From Camelus ferus (taxonomy: Eukaryota), in NCBI RefSeq assembly GCF_009834535.1, contig NC_045697.1, positions 86,492,001-86,556,000 on the forward strand: a stretch of 64,000 bases of DNA, in the 5' to 3' direction. Below the pieces are notes generated by a model. The model did no database searches. It saw only the letters and a list, made by a program, of their open reading frames with translations, and was not told where the DNA came from. Numbering within the stretch: the first letter of the stretch is position 1; every line of letters begins with the position of its first letter. The position numbers were made by a program, and so were the translations under genes. Of the stretch, positions 25,377-37,417 are shown piece by piece.

Positions 25377-25474
25377 GTGGGGAGCAGCCTATTCCCCTTT
25401 GGAATGAACATGATGGAACAGCAGATGGAGATAAGCCTAAAATTCTACTCTATTCCCTGAACTTGCAGTTTAAG
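25377..25474 (+). CDS. BLTP1: BLTP1 coding exon (window exon 10)
   Basis: tttcag|GTGGGGAG...TTTAAG|gtaaca; GEQPIPLWNEHDGTADGDKPKILLYSLNLQFK; phase 1->0. Confidence 0.94.
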
Positions 25475-26189
25475 GTAACATAAATAATAATGCTTCTTTA
25501 ACAAGCATTTTTCTAATCAATTAATGTATGCTGGAAAATACATATGTTACATGAATATGCCAAATAGAAAATAAAAATGAAGTATAATCTTACCCACTGA
25601 GAGAAAAGCTCTAACAATTGAATATCCTATCTTCTTTTTGTATTTAGATATATGCATATACTTATGCATTTTTAAAAACCTCGAATACCATTGCATGTCA
25701 GAACATCTACATCCACTTTATTTTCTTGAATAGCTGTGGTATATATTATGCAGTTGTAACAATTTAACTGCTTCTTTCTGATGAACATTTTGATTTTTTT
25801 TCTAATTATTGCTGTTATAAATTACTCTGCAAGAAATAGTTTGTACACTGGTCCAGTTAACAATAATTAATAGAAACCTTACTATATCCAATATTCAAGA
25901 TATTCTTAAAGATCATTCTTATGAAATAGTTATTTAATTGTAATGTATTCAACCCATGAACAGTCTAGATTTTAAATACAAAATACTGAAATGAAACTTA
26001 ATAGCTAAAAAAATTCCTACTAACATGAGAAATTAAAAGAATATTGCCAGTCTTTATCAGCTCATTAGACATCCTACATGTGTTTTAAAACCTGGCTATT
26101 TTATTTATCATATATTGAAAGATTTCATTTTAGTGGATACACATTATTGACTTAGGATTCTTTTTTTCTCCTAACATACAATCTGCTAG

Positions 26190-26375
26190 GGTATTCAAGT
26201 AACGGCCACAACTCCCTCAATGAGAGCTGTGAGATTTGAAACTGGATTGATTGAACTGGAACTTTCGAATCGACTTCAAACCAAAGCTTCACCAGGAAGT
26301 AGCAGCTATCTGAAACTGTTTGGTAAATGCCAAGTGGATTTAAATCTGGCATTAGGACAAATTGTCAAACATCAA
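26190..26375 (+). CDS. BLTP1: BLTP1 coding exon (window exon 11)
   Basis: tgctag|GGTATT...CATCAA|gtgagt; GIQVTATTPSMRAVRFETG...GQIVKHQ; phase 0->0. Confidence 0.94.
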
Positions 26376-27358
26376 GTGAGTGCAGAATATGTTGATATTA
26401 GAACTGTGGCTTTTAAACTTTGTATATCAATTTGAACTACTTTTAGTATTAATATACTTAAAAAATTATTTAGTTTAAGTTCCTAAAATTTCTGGTTGTA
26501 AATTCTAATGAAAAATTGCTTAATAGGGCCCTTAATATTTTACCTTGGATTTTCATTGAGTATTTTGGCAGTAGATTGTTCTGTGCAAATGCAGTCAAAT
26601 GAAACTTAATCTAGTATCTTCATAAATATTTGTTTATAATTTTGTTAAACATTATTTTTTATTTTAACATTCTGTACTTACATTGGTCAGTCCTTAAAAT
26701 GTTACTAAGTTTCTTAGTTCCCCTGTTTGATAATGGCAAATTTTGCATGTTAAACTTGTCAAGTTAAAAATACATATATATGTGCGCAACAGTAAATCAG
26801 ATTCTGTTTTATAAAAATTAACTTTCTTAGCTCATCAGAGAATTTTTTATTGTTGTTTTTGTTTTTGCTAAAAATTATTATGTGGATTTTAATCTTTTTT
26901 CCTTTAATTTGAAGAACCGATTAAAAGAATACCAGTCACACTTTCAAAACTGAATGGCTATATTAAAGATTATATGGGGGAATAAATGAACAAAAGTTTC
27001 ATGTCATCTCTAGAAAAACAGTAATTTTTCCAAATAGAAACACAATTTGAAAGGAAAGGGGATCTAATTATCTTGAAACATTTAATATATTACCATTCAG
27101 AATTTGGACCTAATCCTAGTTTTTGTATGAAATTTATGTATGACTTCATATTTATTTCTTATATACCTATTCATACTGTATATTAATTTCAAATGTTTAT
27201 AGTACAGAGTATTAGGAATGTATCATTGATGATTGAAACTGAGAAAAGTGTACTGTAGTTCTTTTGGTGAACAATACTATTAAGTGTTCAAACTTTTAGT
27301 TTCTTTAAATGAACATTTTCCATTATTTTATTTTACTGAGTTTTTAATTTCATTTCAG

Positions 27359-27527
27359 GTTTATGAGGAAGCAGGTTCTGATTTTCATCAAGTTGCCTAT
27401 TTTAAAACTAGAATTGGATTAAGAAATGCCCTCCGAGAAGAAATCAGTGGTTCTTCAGATAGGGAAGCTGTGCTTATTACCTTGAATAGACCAATTGTAT
27501 ATGCACAGCCTGTGGCCTTTGACAGAG
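27359..27527 (+). CDS. BLTP1: BLTP1 coding exon (window exon 12)
   Basis: tttcag|GTTTAT...GACAGAG|gtaaga; VYEEAGSDFHQVAYFKTRIG...QPVAFDR; phase 0->1. Confidence 0.95.
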
Positions 27528-27814
27528 GTAAGATAAACCATCAATACTATCTTACTAGATTTAGAAATGTTTTGGTAATGCTAGAGAAAAAATTATCTAT
27601 AGTTGAGCACCACGAATGCTTAACAGCTAAATGTCTCTAAAATTTGAAACGTGACCATCCAGAAAAGGTTTCTCGCTTATTCTTTTCAGTTTTTGAAGTT
27701 ATTTTACTTTTTAAAGTTTTTCGCTTCCTAGATAGGAATGTCTGATTCAGTATTTCAATTGTAATGCTAAGTTTTTTGGTTTGGATAACTAGTTGCATTT
27801 GTCCTGGTGCTATC

Positions 27815-28430
27815 TTTATTCATTTAGTCTATAAACATTTATTGTTTACTGTCTAGAAGGAGAATATGAATAGGGAAAGCAGGATCTCTGCCCTCAAGGA
27901 ACTCTCAGTGCAGTGGGAAAGAGAGCAAAGTAGACTGCAGAGTGGAGTTACATGTATATCTGCATCTGTGTATGTAAATCCTGATATCTGATGCAGCCTA
28001 ACTTTCCCTCTGCTGCTTAGAGGAGAAACTAATTTTCCAGATTGTACTTGGAGTTAGGAGTTCACCAGCGGGAGAGGAAAGGAAAGCTTGTCTTATTTAT
28101 CTCTGTATCTGAAGGCCTAGAACAGTCCCAGGCATACAGTAAGAACTAAATAAATATTTGCCAAATGAGAGAGAACATGAATGAATATATATGATCACAG
28201 AGGTATAAGAAAAATACAGCAGCAGCTTTCATAAAAGAAAATAATGGGAAATAAGGCTGAATGATAGATAGGGTCTAATTACTGTTAATTGGGTGAATAT
28301 GTTGGAATTGTATTTTAGAAGTAATGAAGAACCATTTATGAAGCCATTAAAGATTTAAATTGGTGGTGGGCATTGGCAGATGATAAGATCAGTTTATTAG
28401 AAAACCGCCCTTTTGGCAGGGTTATGGATA
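27815..28430 (-). mobile_element. L2 LINE fragments (with a short opposite-strand L2 tail about 28090-28185)
   Basis: ttcatttagtctataaacattttattg...tctctgccctcaaggaactctcagtgcagtggga; cctagaacagtcccaggcatacagtaag...aataaatatttg. Confidence 0.6.
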
Positions 28431-29084
28431 AGATTTAATTTTGCTAAATCCAGTACACAATTTTTTTCATTTCTCGTCTTACCGACCTCTGGTCCGCTTT
28501 CAACAACTCCTTAAAGTACTTTCTACTCTTTGTGTCCATGACATAATACTGCTCTTTCTTCTACTTCTCTGCCCCCTTCATCTTTATCTCCTGTTTAGGC
28601 ACCTCCTTCTGCATACTGCATTAAATGATGGCTTACCTTACAGTTTCATTGTTGTTACAAACTCAGATGTCTTTGACTTCTCTCTCTAAATCACATCTTC
28701 TTAGTGTATATTCCTAGTACTAAGTACCTCTCCTTCAGAAATTCTTAACTGTAGTAAGAATAAGCTCCATAAAGTCAGGTCCCATGTCTGTTTTTGTTTG
28801 TTACTCCATCCTAAAGCCTAGCATTTCACAGATAATTTGTTGAATAAATGAATGGACCTGGATTTTCTTTTCCCTTCTCTCATTTTGCAGTTGCCCCCTT
28901 TCTGCTTTTTTCATTAGTCAAGTTAACTATTTCCTCTTAGATCCTTTCTAATTCTAATGCTACAATTTTCTGGGAGTAATTTTTATTAAGCAACAGGATT
29001 TTGCAGCTATTGAGGTTTACTTGCTAGTATAGCCTTACAGTTTTGATTTTAATTTTCTTTCTGCCTTGTCTTAATTATCAAAAG

Positions 29085-29296
29085 CTGTGCTGTTTTGGCT
29101 GAATTATAAGGCTGCCTATGACAATTGGAATGAACAGCGAATGGCCCTACATAAAGATATTCATATGGCTACAAAGGAAGTAGTAGATATGCTGCCTGGT
29201 ATCCAGCAAACATCAGCTCAGGCCTTTGGGACTCTCTTCCTCCAACTCACTGTGAATGATCTGGGAATCTGCCTGCCTATCACAAATACTGCACAG
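29085..29296 (+). CDS. BLTP1: BLTP1 coding exon (window exon 13)
   Basis: caaaag|CTGTGCTG...GCACAG|gtatga; VLFWLNYKAAYDNWNEQR...PITNTAQ; phase 1->0. Confidence 0.94.
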
Positions 29297-30384
29297 GTAT
29301 GAAAAATCAAATCATAGTCCATACTCATCATTTTTATGTATATAGAGTATAACAGTGACTTTTCCACAATAACAGTTTATAACTTGAATTTTAGTAAATA
29401 ACAAGATTGAACTCTTTGAACTATTATTCATCCACAGTGTATTCAATATGAATCTCATGAAACTTTTCTGTGAAGCATTCTGATGTGCCTCAGAATAGTA
29501 ATGAGATTGATAGCCATGTAATAAATCTTAATTTTTACTTTGGAAAATAAGTAGCTTAATTCTCAGAATTTTATTATTATTTTGTATTTAGCAAAGACAT
29601 CTTTGGCATATACTTATTAATAAAATAGAAACAAAGGACATTTAATAAGAATACTATTTAATGTTTAATAATCTCAACTAAAATAGGGTAAGGAATTTCA
29701 AAATTCTTTTAAACTGTAATATTTAATGGTAATGAAACTTCCAAGTTATGTGTACTGGATAAAGGAAAAAATTTACCCTTTGTAATTTAGTACCAGTACT
29801 CAGGGAGACATATTTGCATGCACATGTGTATGAGAGAAAAGGCCATGGGCCCCTAACAGGCCGTGAAGTTACAATTATAACAAATACAGAGATTTATATT
29901 TTACTGTTAGAATTTACCTTAAATAACCGGTAACTAGTTGTTGAATGAATCTAACTTTTAGTATTTTGTTTGGCAAGACAATGTTAAGAAAAACTCTGGG
30001 TTGAGAGTTGGCAACGTGGTATGTTTGTGCTTCAGGAGTTGAAAAATGATATTTTAATGGCATGATGAACAGAACTCAAAAAGGTTGTACACATCAGGGG
30101 TGGTTGTCAAAATGAGAATGTTCCCCACAGCTAAAACAGAGGGTTGAGATAGAAAAGTAGATAATTAGCCTTATGTAAGTTTAGTTTTTTAAAAAATGTA
30201 CACGGTGAATGCATTTCACTTGAGCAAAGTAATTTTTTAAAAGTAGGCATCCTTATAAGCTGCTTTTTAATGAAGCTCTCTAGGGTTGTCCCTTTCTAAA
30301 TGTTTGATCCTATGAGTCATGTGAGATTTCCAAATTTTAAAAGTTGTACCTTTTGTCTCATTTCTTCTTTAATATATTTTGCAG

Positions 30385-30583
30385 TCTAATCATACTGGAG
30401 ACCTTGACACTGGTTCTGCTTTAGTACTGACCATTGAAAGTACTCTCATCACTGCTTGTTCTTCAGAATCTCTAGTTAGTAAAGGGCATTTCAAAAACTT
30501 TTGTATCCGTTTTGCTGATGGCTTTGAGACATCATGGGATGACTGGAAACCAGAAATTCGTGGGGACCTGGTGATGAATGCCT
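30385..30583 (+). CDS. BLTP1: BLTP1 coding exon (window exon 14)
   Basis: ttgcag|TCTAAT...GCCT|gtgagt; SNHTGDLDTGSALVLTIES...GDLVMNA; phase 0->1. Confidence 0.95.
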
Positions 30584-32955
30584 GTGAGTGTCTTTTATCT
30601 TCTGTATGAGGTTTAGAATTTTTAAAAAGTAAAAGATAACTCCAGTGTCTTCATTAGTTAAACTAAATAATGTCCAGATGTATGAATGTTATTGAACTTT
30701 GTGAAATAAAGCCTATTTCTAATTAAAGATACCAGAACATATTTGATAAAAACTGCAGCTTTCAGTAGTTTTGGTAAGTAAACCAACTAGATATTCTTTT
30801 TGATGGTAATAACATCTGAAGTTTTGTTTATGCCCTGATTTCTCCTGTAATTGATTCATGAATGACCAGGTAAAGCATCTTTTTCCTGTGGGGATCTTGA
30901 AAGAAAGTGATAAATGTGTAAGATCCAGTTCATCCTATAACATAGTATTGGATAACCAGGAGCAGGAACTCCAGCCATAATTATTATTGACATGAATAAA
31001 TTCACATGTCCAAATTTGTAGGATACAGAGTGTAACACGTGTGGATTCCTCTGATTCCATAATACTCAAGGTTGGAAATAAATAATCTGTGTTTATATGC
31101 TATTTTGAAGGTACAGGGGTTTATTTTTATTTTAATATTTTAAATATAACAGAGTTGATAAGACATCATTAATCTTAACAGTGAAGAGAAATTATATTTG
31201 AGGAATTAAAGGTTGTGAACTAAAATTCCTCAGCCAATCTGTAAACCAGAATTAATGCTTAATTATTTCTCAGAATTTGGTATGCCATTGTTCAGCAATT
31301 TTTTTCCCCTCTCCACTAGAAGAAAATCTTTCTAGTGCTGGGTTTTATTTGAGAACTGGGAAAATGTTCCATTATTTTTACATCAAAAATTGAAGTTTTA
31401 GCATTCAGTGTTGGCTAAAATTTAGATAATACTTTAGGTGAAATTCTTGGTTTTGAATGCTTTGCATTTAGATAATTCATAGGTAAAATACTAGTATTTC
31501 CGTTAAACATTTCAGGTTACCAAGAAGACTTGGTATCAGAGTACTCATGCCTAACACCCAAAAGACCAAAAATAGACTTCATCAGGAATCTTACAAATAA
31601 TCATTTTACATGGTGGTTATATACATTTTTAAAAGTCACTATTACTCTCTTTTGTTTGTGTGTGGTTTTTTTCCTTAAAATAAATGTAAACCTACTAATT
31701 TTTATGAAGGTGACATTTGTTGTCATTATAGTTGTATTGGATAGAATATATTTGGAAGCAAAGGAAGGATATCATTTCCTTAACAGTTTAAACAAAGGGA
31801 AATGCATAAGACATGTGCCTCTAACTCAAAAGGAAAAACACAAGACTAAAAAACATGAACACTGGCTCAGCTCCTCAGTGTATATTAGACCAACAAAGTA
31901 GAACACTAATGTGCTGATAATCATGATAATCATAATTTATTTTGTGTTTTGGAGGGTATCAAGTGACTTGTTTTTGTAAAATGCATATTATTTAGTGCCT
32001 TGGGAGAGTGGCAAAGGAAATGAGTAGAGCAGTTGTTGACATAATGATAAGAATTCCAAATGATAAGTTTGCCAAGGTAGTTTACTACTTTGTAGTTTTT
32101 ATTAGTTTTTATTGGGTATAACTGACATTTAATTTTTTAAGGAAAGAGAATTGAGTTTAGGGCAAAAAAATAAGTAAAAGTAAGATTATGCCTTAGGCTT
32201 TTTTTTTTCACAAATTATTTAAAAATTATGCCCTAGAAAAAAGACAGCCCAATTTAATTTCCTCTCTAGGTGACAGTGTTTTTTGGGAAATGCAGTAAAA
32301 ATTAGGAAAGACGATCTATAGGAAGGGTTCAATGGACCATGTAAGTAGATAGTAAAGATTAGACCCTTTTTATTAATATGTATTTACAAACCATTGAAAG
32401 TTTGAAAAATTCCAAGCTTTCTGTTAACACCTGGGTAACATTTGGTTGTAACAGCAAGAAAATTGCCATCCTGGATTCTGGCTGGTCCAACGCAGGGACC
32501 ACGGGTACCATGGGAAAGAGCCCAATGGGTTTCTCTCATCTCATCACTTTCAGGATTTGGATCTACTCCTAAAAATTTTAATGTTCCTTATTAATTCATT
32601 ATGGCTCTGTATTCTGTAAATTTATATAATTTTTTAAACTTAATTTTTAAAAATTCTCTGGCACTTCTTGGGATTGGAAGTCCCCAAAGTTTTCTATCCT
32701 TTTTGAATTTACTAGTTCTTCCTTTCACTTGGCCTTAGTTATTCTACTCCTGTTCAAGGGTTTTCTTTTTATTGTAGAGTTGTTAGATTTGAAAGGGTAA
32801 TGTGGGGTTTTTTTGCTCTGATTTATAACCACACTATTAAAGGTGAATTGGGCAATCTTTTACCCCAAGATCTAGTTCTTTTTTATAATTTGTGTGTGAG
32901 GCACAAGTACCATATGTTTCAAAAATATAATTTAGATTTTAAAGTTATTGGCATT

Positions 32956-33068
32956 GGGGAGGGTATAATTGTGGTAGAGCATGTGCTTAGCATGGATGAG
33001 ATCCTGCGTTCAATCCCCAGGACCTCCATTAAAAATAAATAAACCTGATTACCCCAAAAATTTAAAAA
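32956..33068 (+). mobile_element. tRNA-Ala-derived SINE, Vic-1-like (camelid type)
   Basis: GGGGAGGGTATAATTGTGGTAGAGCATGTGCTTAGCATG...GTTCAATCCCCAGGACCTCCATT with A and B boxes and an A-rich tail; TSD TAAAGTTATTG(G/A)CATT at 32940-32955 and 33069-33084. Confidence 0.85.
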
Positions 33069-34055
33069 TAAAGTTATTGACATTACTTTTAAAATATAAT
33101 AGAAATTGTCATTTAATAGATGCTTTTCCCCAGAATACATTATAGCATTTCTATAACTCACATTTGAGTAACAGTTGAATACTAGTTTAGGTTATGGAGT
33201 GAACTGCAAAAAGACATTTCATTTAAGGTGTACGTAATGTCAGGTTCAGATTGAAATTGGGTTTCCATTAAAGATTACTGAGAAAGGGTCTTAATTCTAT
33301 CTTTAGACTTTACTTTGTTTAAAAGTTGTTTCAAAGATGGTATGTCTTTACTGATTAAAATTGTTGATTTAATTAGCCTTTCTTTTTAAGCTGGAGTTAT
33401 CTGATTAAAGCTAAGTAGTAGTAAATGTTTCAAAGTTAAAGTCAGATATGTTCTGGGGATAGGACCATGACCTTAGGAGACTGACCTTATTAGATTGACA
33501 GTATGGCAGTCAGTCATCTTTTTCTCATAAAATGATCCTTGACAAAGTAAAACATAAGGCTGGTGAGTCATGTCTGTTACCTAATGTGGCAGTTCTTAGT
33601 TATCAAAAAATCATTTTTACATCATTTACATTCTCAAAGTGCCATTCACTCATAATGGCACAAATTGTCATAGCATCAGGAAACCACACTTTCAAAGTTG
33701 GCCAGGTATTGTCACTCAGATAAGGAAATCACATGCAGAATGTAAAGCTAAAGCTGCAGTTAAATTCTTTTTCTTTCTTTACTGAAATATAGTTGATTTA
33801 TGATATTATATTAGTTTCAGGTGTATGCAGTTAGGTTCTTAAAAATCAGTAAGAATAAAATATTGTGAGATACAAAATAGGAATTACAAGTTATCTAAAG
33901 CAGTCCTTTCATTCCCCAGATGAGAACTGAAACTTGGAGAGGCCACTGATCCTATTTATATTAAGATAATCATCTTTGGGTGAAAAATTGCAGTACAATA
34001 TGTTATTGCGAGCATAATTTTATTGAAGATTATTTTGGGGGTGATTTTTGTGCAG

Positions 34056-34115
34056 GTGTAGTTCCAGATGGTACCTATGAAGTATGTTCCAGGACTACAG
34101 GACAAGCAGCTGCTG
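34056..34115 (+). CDS. BLTP1: BLTP1 coding exon (window exon 15, 60 nt)
   Basis: gtgcag|GTGTAGTT...GCTGCTG|gtaagt; (C)VVPDGTYEVCSRTTGQAAA; phase 1->1. Confidence 0.92.
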
Positions 34116-35208
34116 GTAAGTTCGCATTTGGTATTACTTTTGCTATATATGTCAGGTAGAATCTGCTTTTGCATCTATTTTTTCTGCCTTTGTATTAAAG
34201 GATCTTTTAACTAAACAAATTCTGGTATTCCCTAATGTTTAAAAACTATTTTGCAATAATATTAGCATATTTTTATTTAGCAATACATTAGACACCATCA
34301 GTGTACAATATACAGTACAAAATGTTTTGGGAAAGACAAAGATGATTAAGATATACTTTCTATGCTCTATAAATTTAAATTCGAATAATGGAGTTAGGGC
34401 CCTGTAACATAACTGAACTGCAATAAGTGATAAGTTCAATAAAATATAAAATTCCAATTGCTGGTGAAATTTACAGGAGAGAGAAATTTCCAAATTTTGA
34501 AGGATACTGAGATGAGAGAAAGCTTTATAGAACAAGCACTTAAATAAGGACTTGAAAGATGAATAAAATTATTTCCTAAGCAAAAACTGGAAAATATGAA
34601 TAGAAAAAAATCAGGCAGAGAGAATAATAGGTGTCATGATGTCAAAACACAATGTCTAGCTAGAGTTGTTCAAATTGGCTAGAATAGAGTTATATGAAAA
34701 AAGGATGGGAAAAAGCTTAAGTCCAAATTAAGAGTTTGGACTTGATTTGGTGGACAGTGAGAAAGCCACTGAATTTTTCTGAACAAGAAAGTAGATGGTG
34801 ACAGTATCACAGGGACAGGGGTCAGAGGAGAAAAACCCAGGAACCTGATTAGGACATAACTATGGATATAATAACCTGTCTTGACTAAGTGTAAATTTGT
34901 ATTATTTTGCCTGGTATAAAATTAGGGTATGCTAAACGAGATATTTATTTAAGAGCTCTTAAAATGTTGAGAAGGGTAGAAGCTGATTAAGATTAGTAGA
35001 TTTCCTCTCTCTCCTTACTATTCCCTCTTATCCTCCCAAGCCTAGTCTCAGGACTCATCGTAAGTAAATTGTCTCAGAAAGTATGCAAGGCCTGCAGTCC
35101 CCACTGATAGAGAACTGAAAAGCCTAGGAAATTTCCAGCAGTAATGTTAGAAGGAAAAGGTGATGACTGAGGTAAATACATACTGGGAGAAAGGTCACAT
35201 AAAAGTCT

Positions 35209-35745
35209 TTGTCAGGACTCTTGTTTGTTAGTGACAACAACCCACTCCAACTAGCTTAACCAAAAGGGGAAACCTATTAAAAGAATATTTGCAGATCACA
35301 GTTACACTTAACAATAGCTATCTCAGGGAAGAGAAGGAACCAGGGCAATGGAGGGGCCCTGAGGAACCACTGGAAACGATCTCAGCTGCCACCTGGGCTC
35401 TTTCCGGCTCTTGTCTTTGCTTCTGTCTGGCTGCTTCATTTTTCTTTACTGCTGACCTCCTTACACATGGCAGGAAACATGGCTGCCAACAGCTCATGAG
35501 CCTCATTTTCCCACCCTCAGTCACTAGAGAGGGACCAGTCTTTTCTCAAGTCCAGGGGAGGATTCTTAGTTTTCCAACTTTGACCCTTACCTGAACTAAT
35601 TATCTAATACATTCTGGTGCATGAGGAAGGGTCATGCCAATTCCTGCTATAGCCATGGGAAGGTGGATCAGCTTGAGGGCTGGTGGGAGGACGAAGTCCA
35701 CAGGGCACAGGAGGAAGAAGGGTGCTGCACAGAGGGCACCACAGA
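35209..35745 (-). mobile_element. Old MLT1-type (MaLR) LTR
   Basis: gtcaggactctt...gtgacaacaacccactccaactagcttaaccaaaagggga typical MLT1J/K/L terminus; locally GC-richer. Confidence 0.65.
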
Positions 35746-35910
35746 TATGATAGGGAAATCAATCCCATAGTCTGATGTTTCTGACAGATCTAGCTGTGAG
35801 AGACATTAATCATTACACAGGGCCATCGTCCATTTTAATCCTTGAATGTAGAATTATTTAACTTTCTATACTCAGAACTTACCAAAAATGCCACTTCTTT
35901 ATTTAAACAG

Positions 35911-36137
35911 AAAGTAGTAGTGCTGGAACCTGGACACTCAATGTATTGTGGAAAATGTGTGGGATTGATGTCCACATGGATCCTAACATTGGCAAAAGAC
36001 TCAATGCTCTGGGCAATACCCTTACGACACTGACAGGAGAGGAGGACATAGATGACATTGCTGATCTAAATTCAGTGAACATAGCTGACCTGTCAGATGA
36101 GGATGAAGTTGACACTATGTCTCCCACTATCCATACT
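35911..36137 (+). CDS. BLTP1: BLTP1 coding exon (window exon 16)
   Basis: aaacag|AAAGTAGT...CATACT|gtaagt; SSSAGTWTLNVLWKMCGIDVHMDPNIG...MSPTIHT; phase 1->0. Confidence 0.95.
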
Positions 36138-36399
36138 GTAAGTAAACCCACTGTTAGATTTTTTCAGGACTGGCTTTTACCCTAAGAAAGGGATATTACT
36201 AAATCAGTGTTATTTGCTGTAGTTGCTAATTGAGGAAGGAAGGGAATGGTGGTTTTCTGTGTATACATTTATATAATATTGTTTTTTACTTTAATAATAT
36301 TGTCTTTCAATTGAGTTCCTTGTTTTATAATCTACCAACCAAATTGTGCATTAACCTACAGGTAACGTATTAACATTGAAAGCAAAGTGCAAACAAATT

Positions 36400-36640
36400 T
36401 TTAGGGACAGAAAGTAGATTAGTGGTTGCCTAGGGCTGGGAGAGTCTGAAAGGTTGGGAGGGGGAATGGGAAGAGACTGATAACAGTTATGAAGTTTGTT
36501 TAGGGGGTGGGGGATGAAAATGTTCTGAATAGATTCTGATAACGATTCCACAGCTTTGTGAATATACTAGAAACTACTGAATTAATACATTTTAAATGGG
36601 TGAATTTATGGCATGTGAATTCTATCTCAGGAACTATGTT
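36400..36640 (+). mobile_element. Old L1 3'UTR fragment
   Basis: gacagaaagtagattagtggttgcctagggctggg...gatgaaaatgttct...gtgaatatactagaaactactgaatt...gggtgaatttatggcatgtgaatt. Confidence 0.8.
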
Positions 36641-36892
36641 TAAAAATGAATGTCAAAAGCAAAGAGCATGCACACAAAAGGAAGTATACATTTAAAAATA
36701 TATATTTCCATCTATACTGTACATATTCTTTAGTATCAGATTATTTGGTAGTTAAAAAGAAAGTTTCTCTCTGCTTTTATTCCAGTATTGATTTAAAAAG
36801 ACTTTTGAAACATCTTTTAACTATTGTATTCTGAAATAGTTTTGTTCTTGGAAAGAAATTTTTAAAAATTAATGTTACTGTTTATCATTTAG

Positions 36893-37093
36893 AGTTCAGA
36901 TGGAAGTTCAGTAAGTGGAGATGGCCACAAGCTCACCTTTGGGCAGCGACTTGTAAATCACCTACTAGGCCTGAGGCGCCCACATCAGCGCTATTCTGTT
37001 CCTGCAGAGTATCTGTGTGACCCCGAGATGGGGGCCTCCCCTCAGTCTAGCCAGTCCCATTTGAAAGCATGCAGAGCTCACTCATGGGGAAAC
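36893..37093 (+). CDS. BLTP1: BLTP1 201-nt symmetric cassette-type exon (window exon 17)
   Basis: atttag|AGTTCAGAT...GGAAAC|gtaggt; 67 stop-free codons SSDGSSVSGDGHKLTFGQRLVNHLLGL...RAHSWGN; phase 0->0; more GC-rich than flanks. Confidence 0.78.
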
Positions 37094-37286
37094 GTAGGTA
37101 GCAACTAAATAGATTACTTATGAAAATGAAGGGATTCGAATCACTGGAGAATTCCAATCATCTTACTTAATATAGATGGCTTTGATTCTTGCATGCTTCC
37201 TTGATTTAAGGTGTTTTTTCTGTGATAGTATAGATTTGCTGTGTGACCTAAGGGTGTTACTGACAGACATGCTTTTGATTTTTCAG

Positions 37287-37417
37287 GAAGCTGTAGATTA
37301 TCGAAGACAAGGAGCATCTTGTAGCCAGCCAGGAGAACTTAGAGGAAGAAAAATCATGAAACGTATAGTGGATATCAGAGAGCTGAATGAACAGGCCAAA
37401 GTAATAGATGATCTTAA
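37287..37417 (+). CDS. BLTP1: BLTP1 coding exon (window exon 18)
   Basis: tttcag|GAAGCT...CTTAA|gtatgt; EAVDYRRQGASCSQPGELRGRKIMKRIVDIRELNEQAKVIDDL; phase 0->2. Confidence 0.94.

Noticed and set aside
32956..33030. Possible tRNA-Ala gene (also 52115-52190)
   Set aside because: Degenerate stems, a shared non-tRNA A-rich tail and a TSD identify these as tRNA-derived SINEs.
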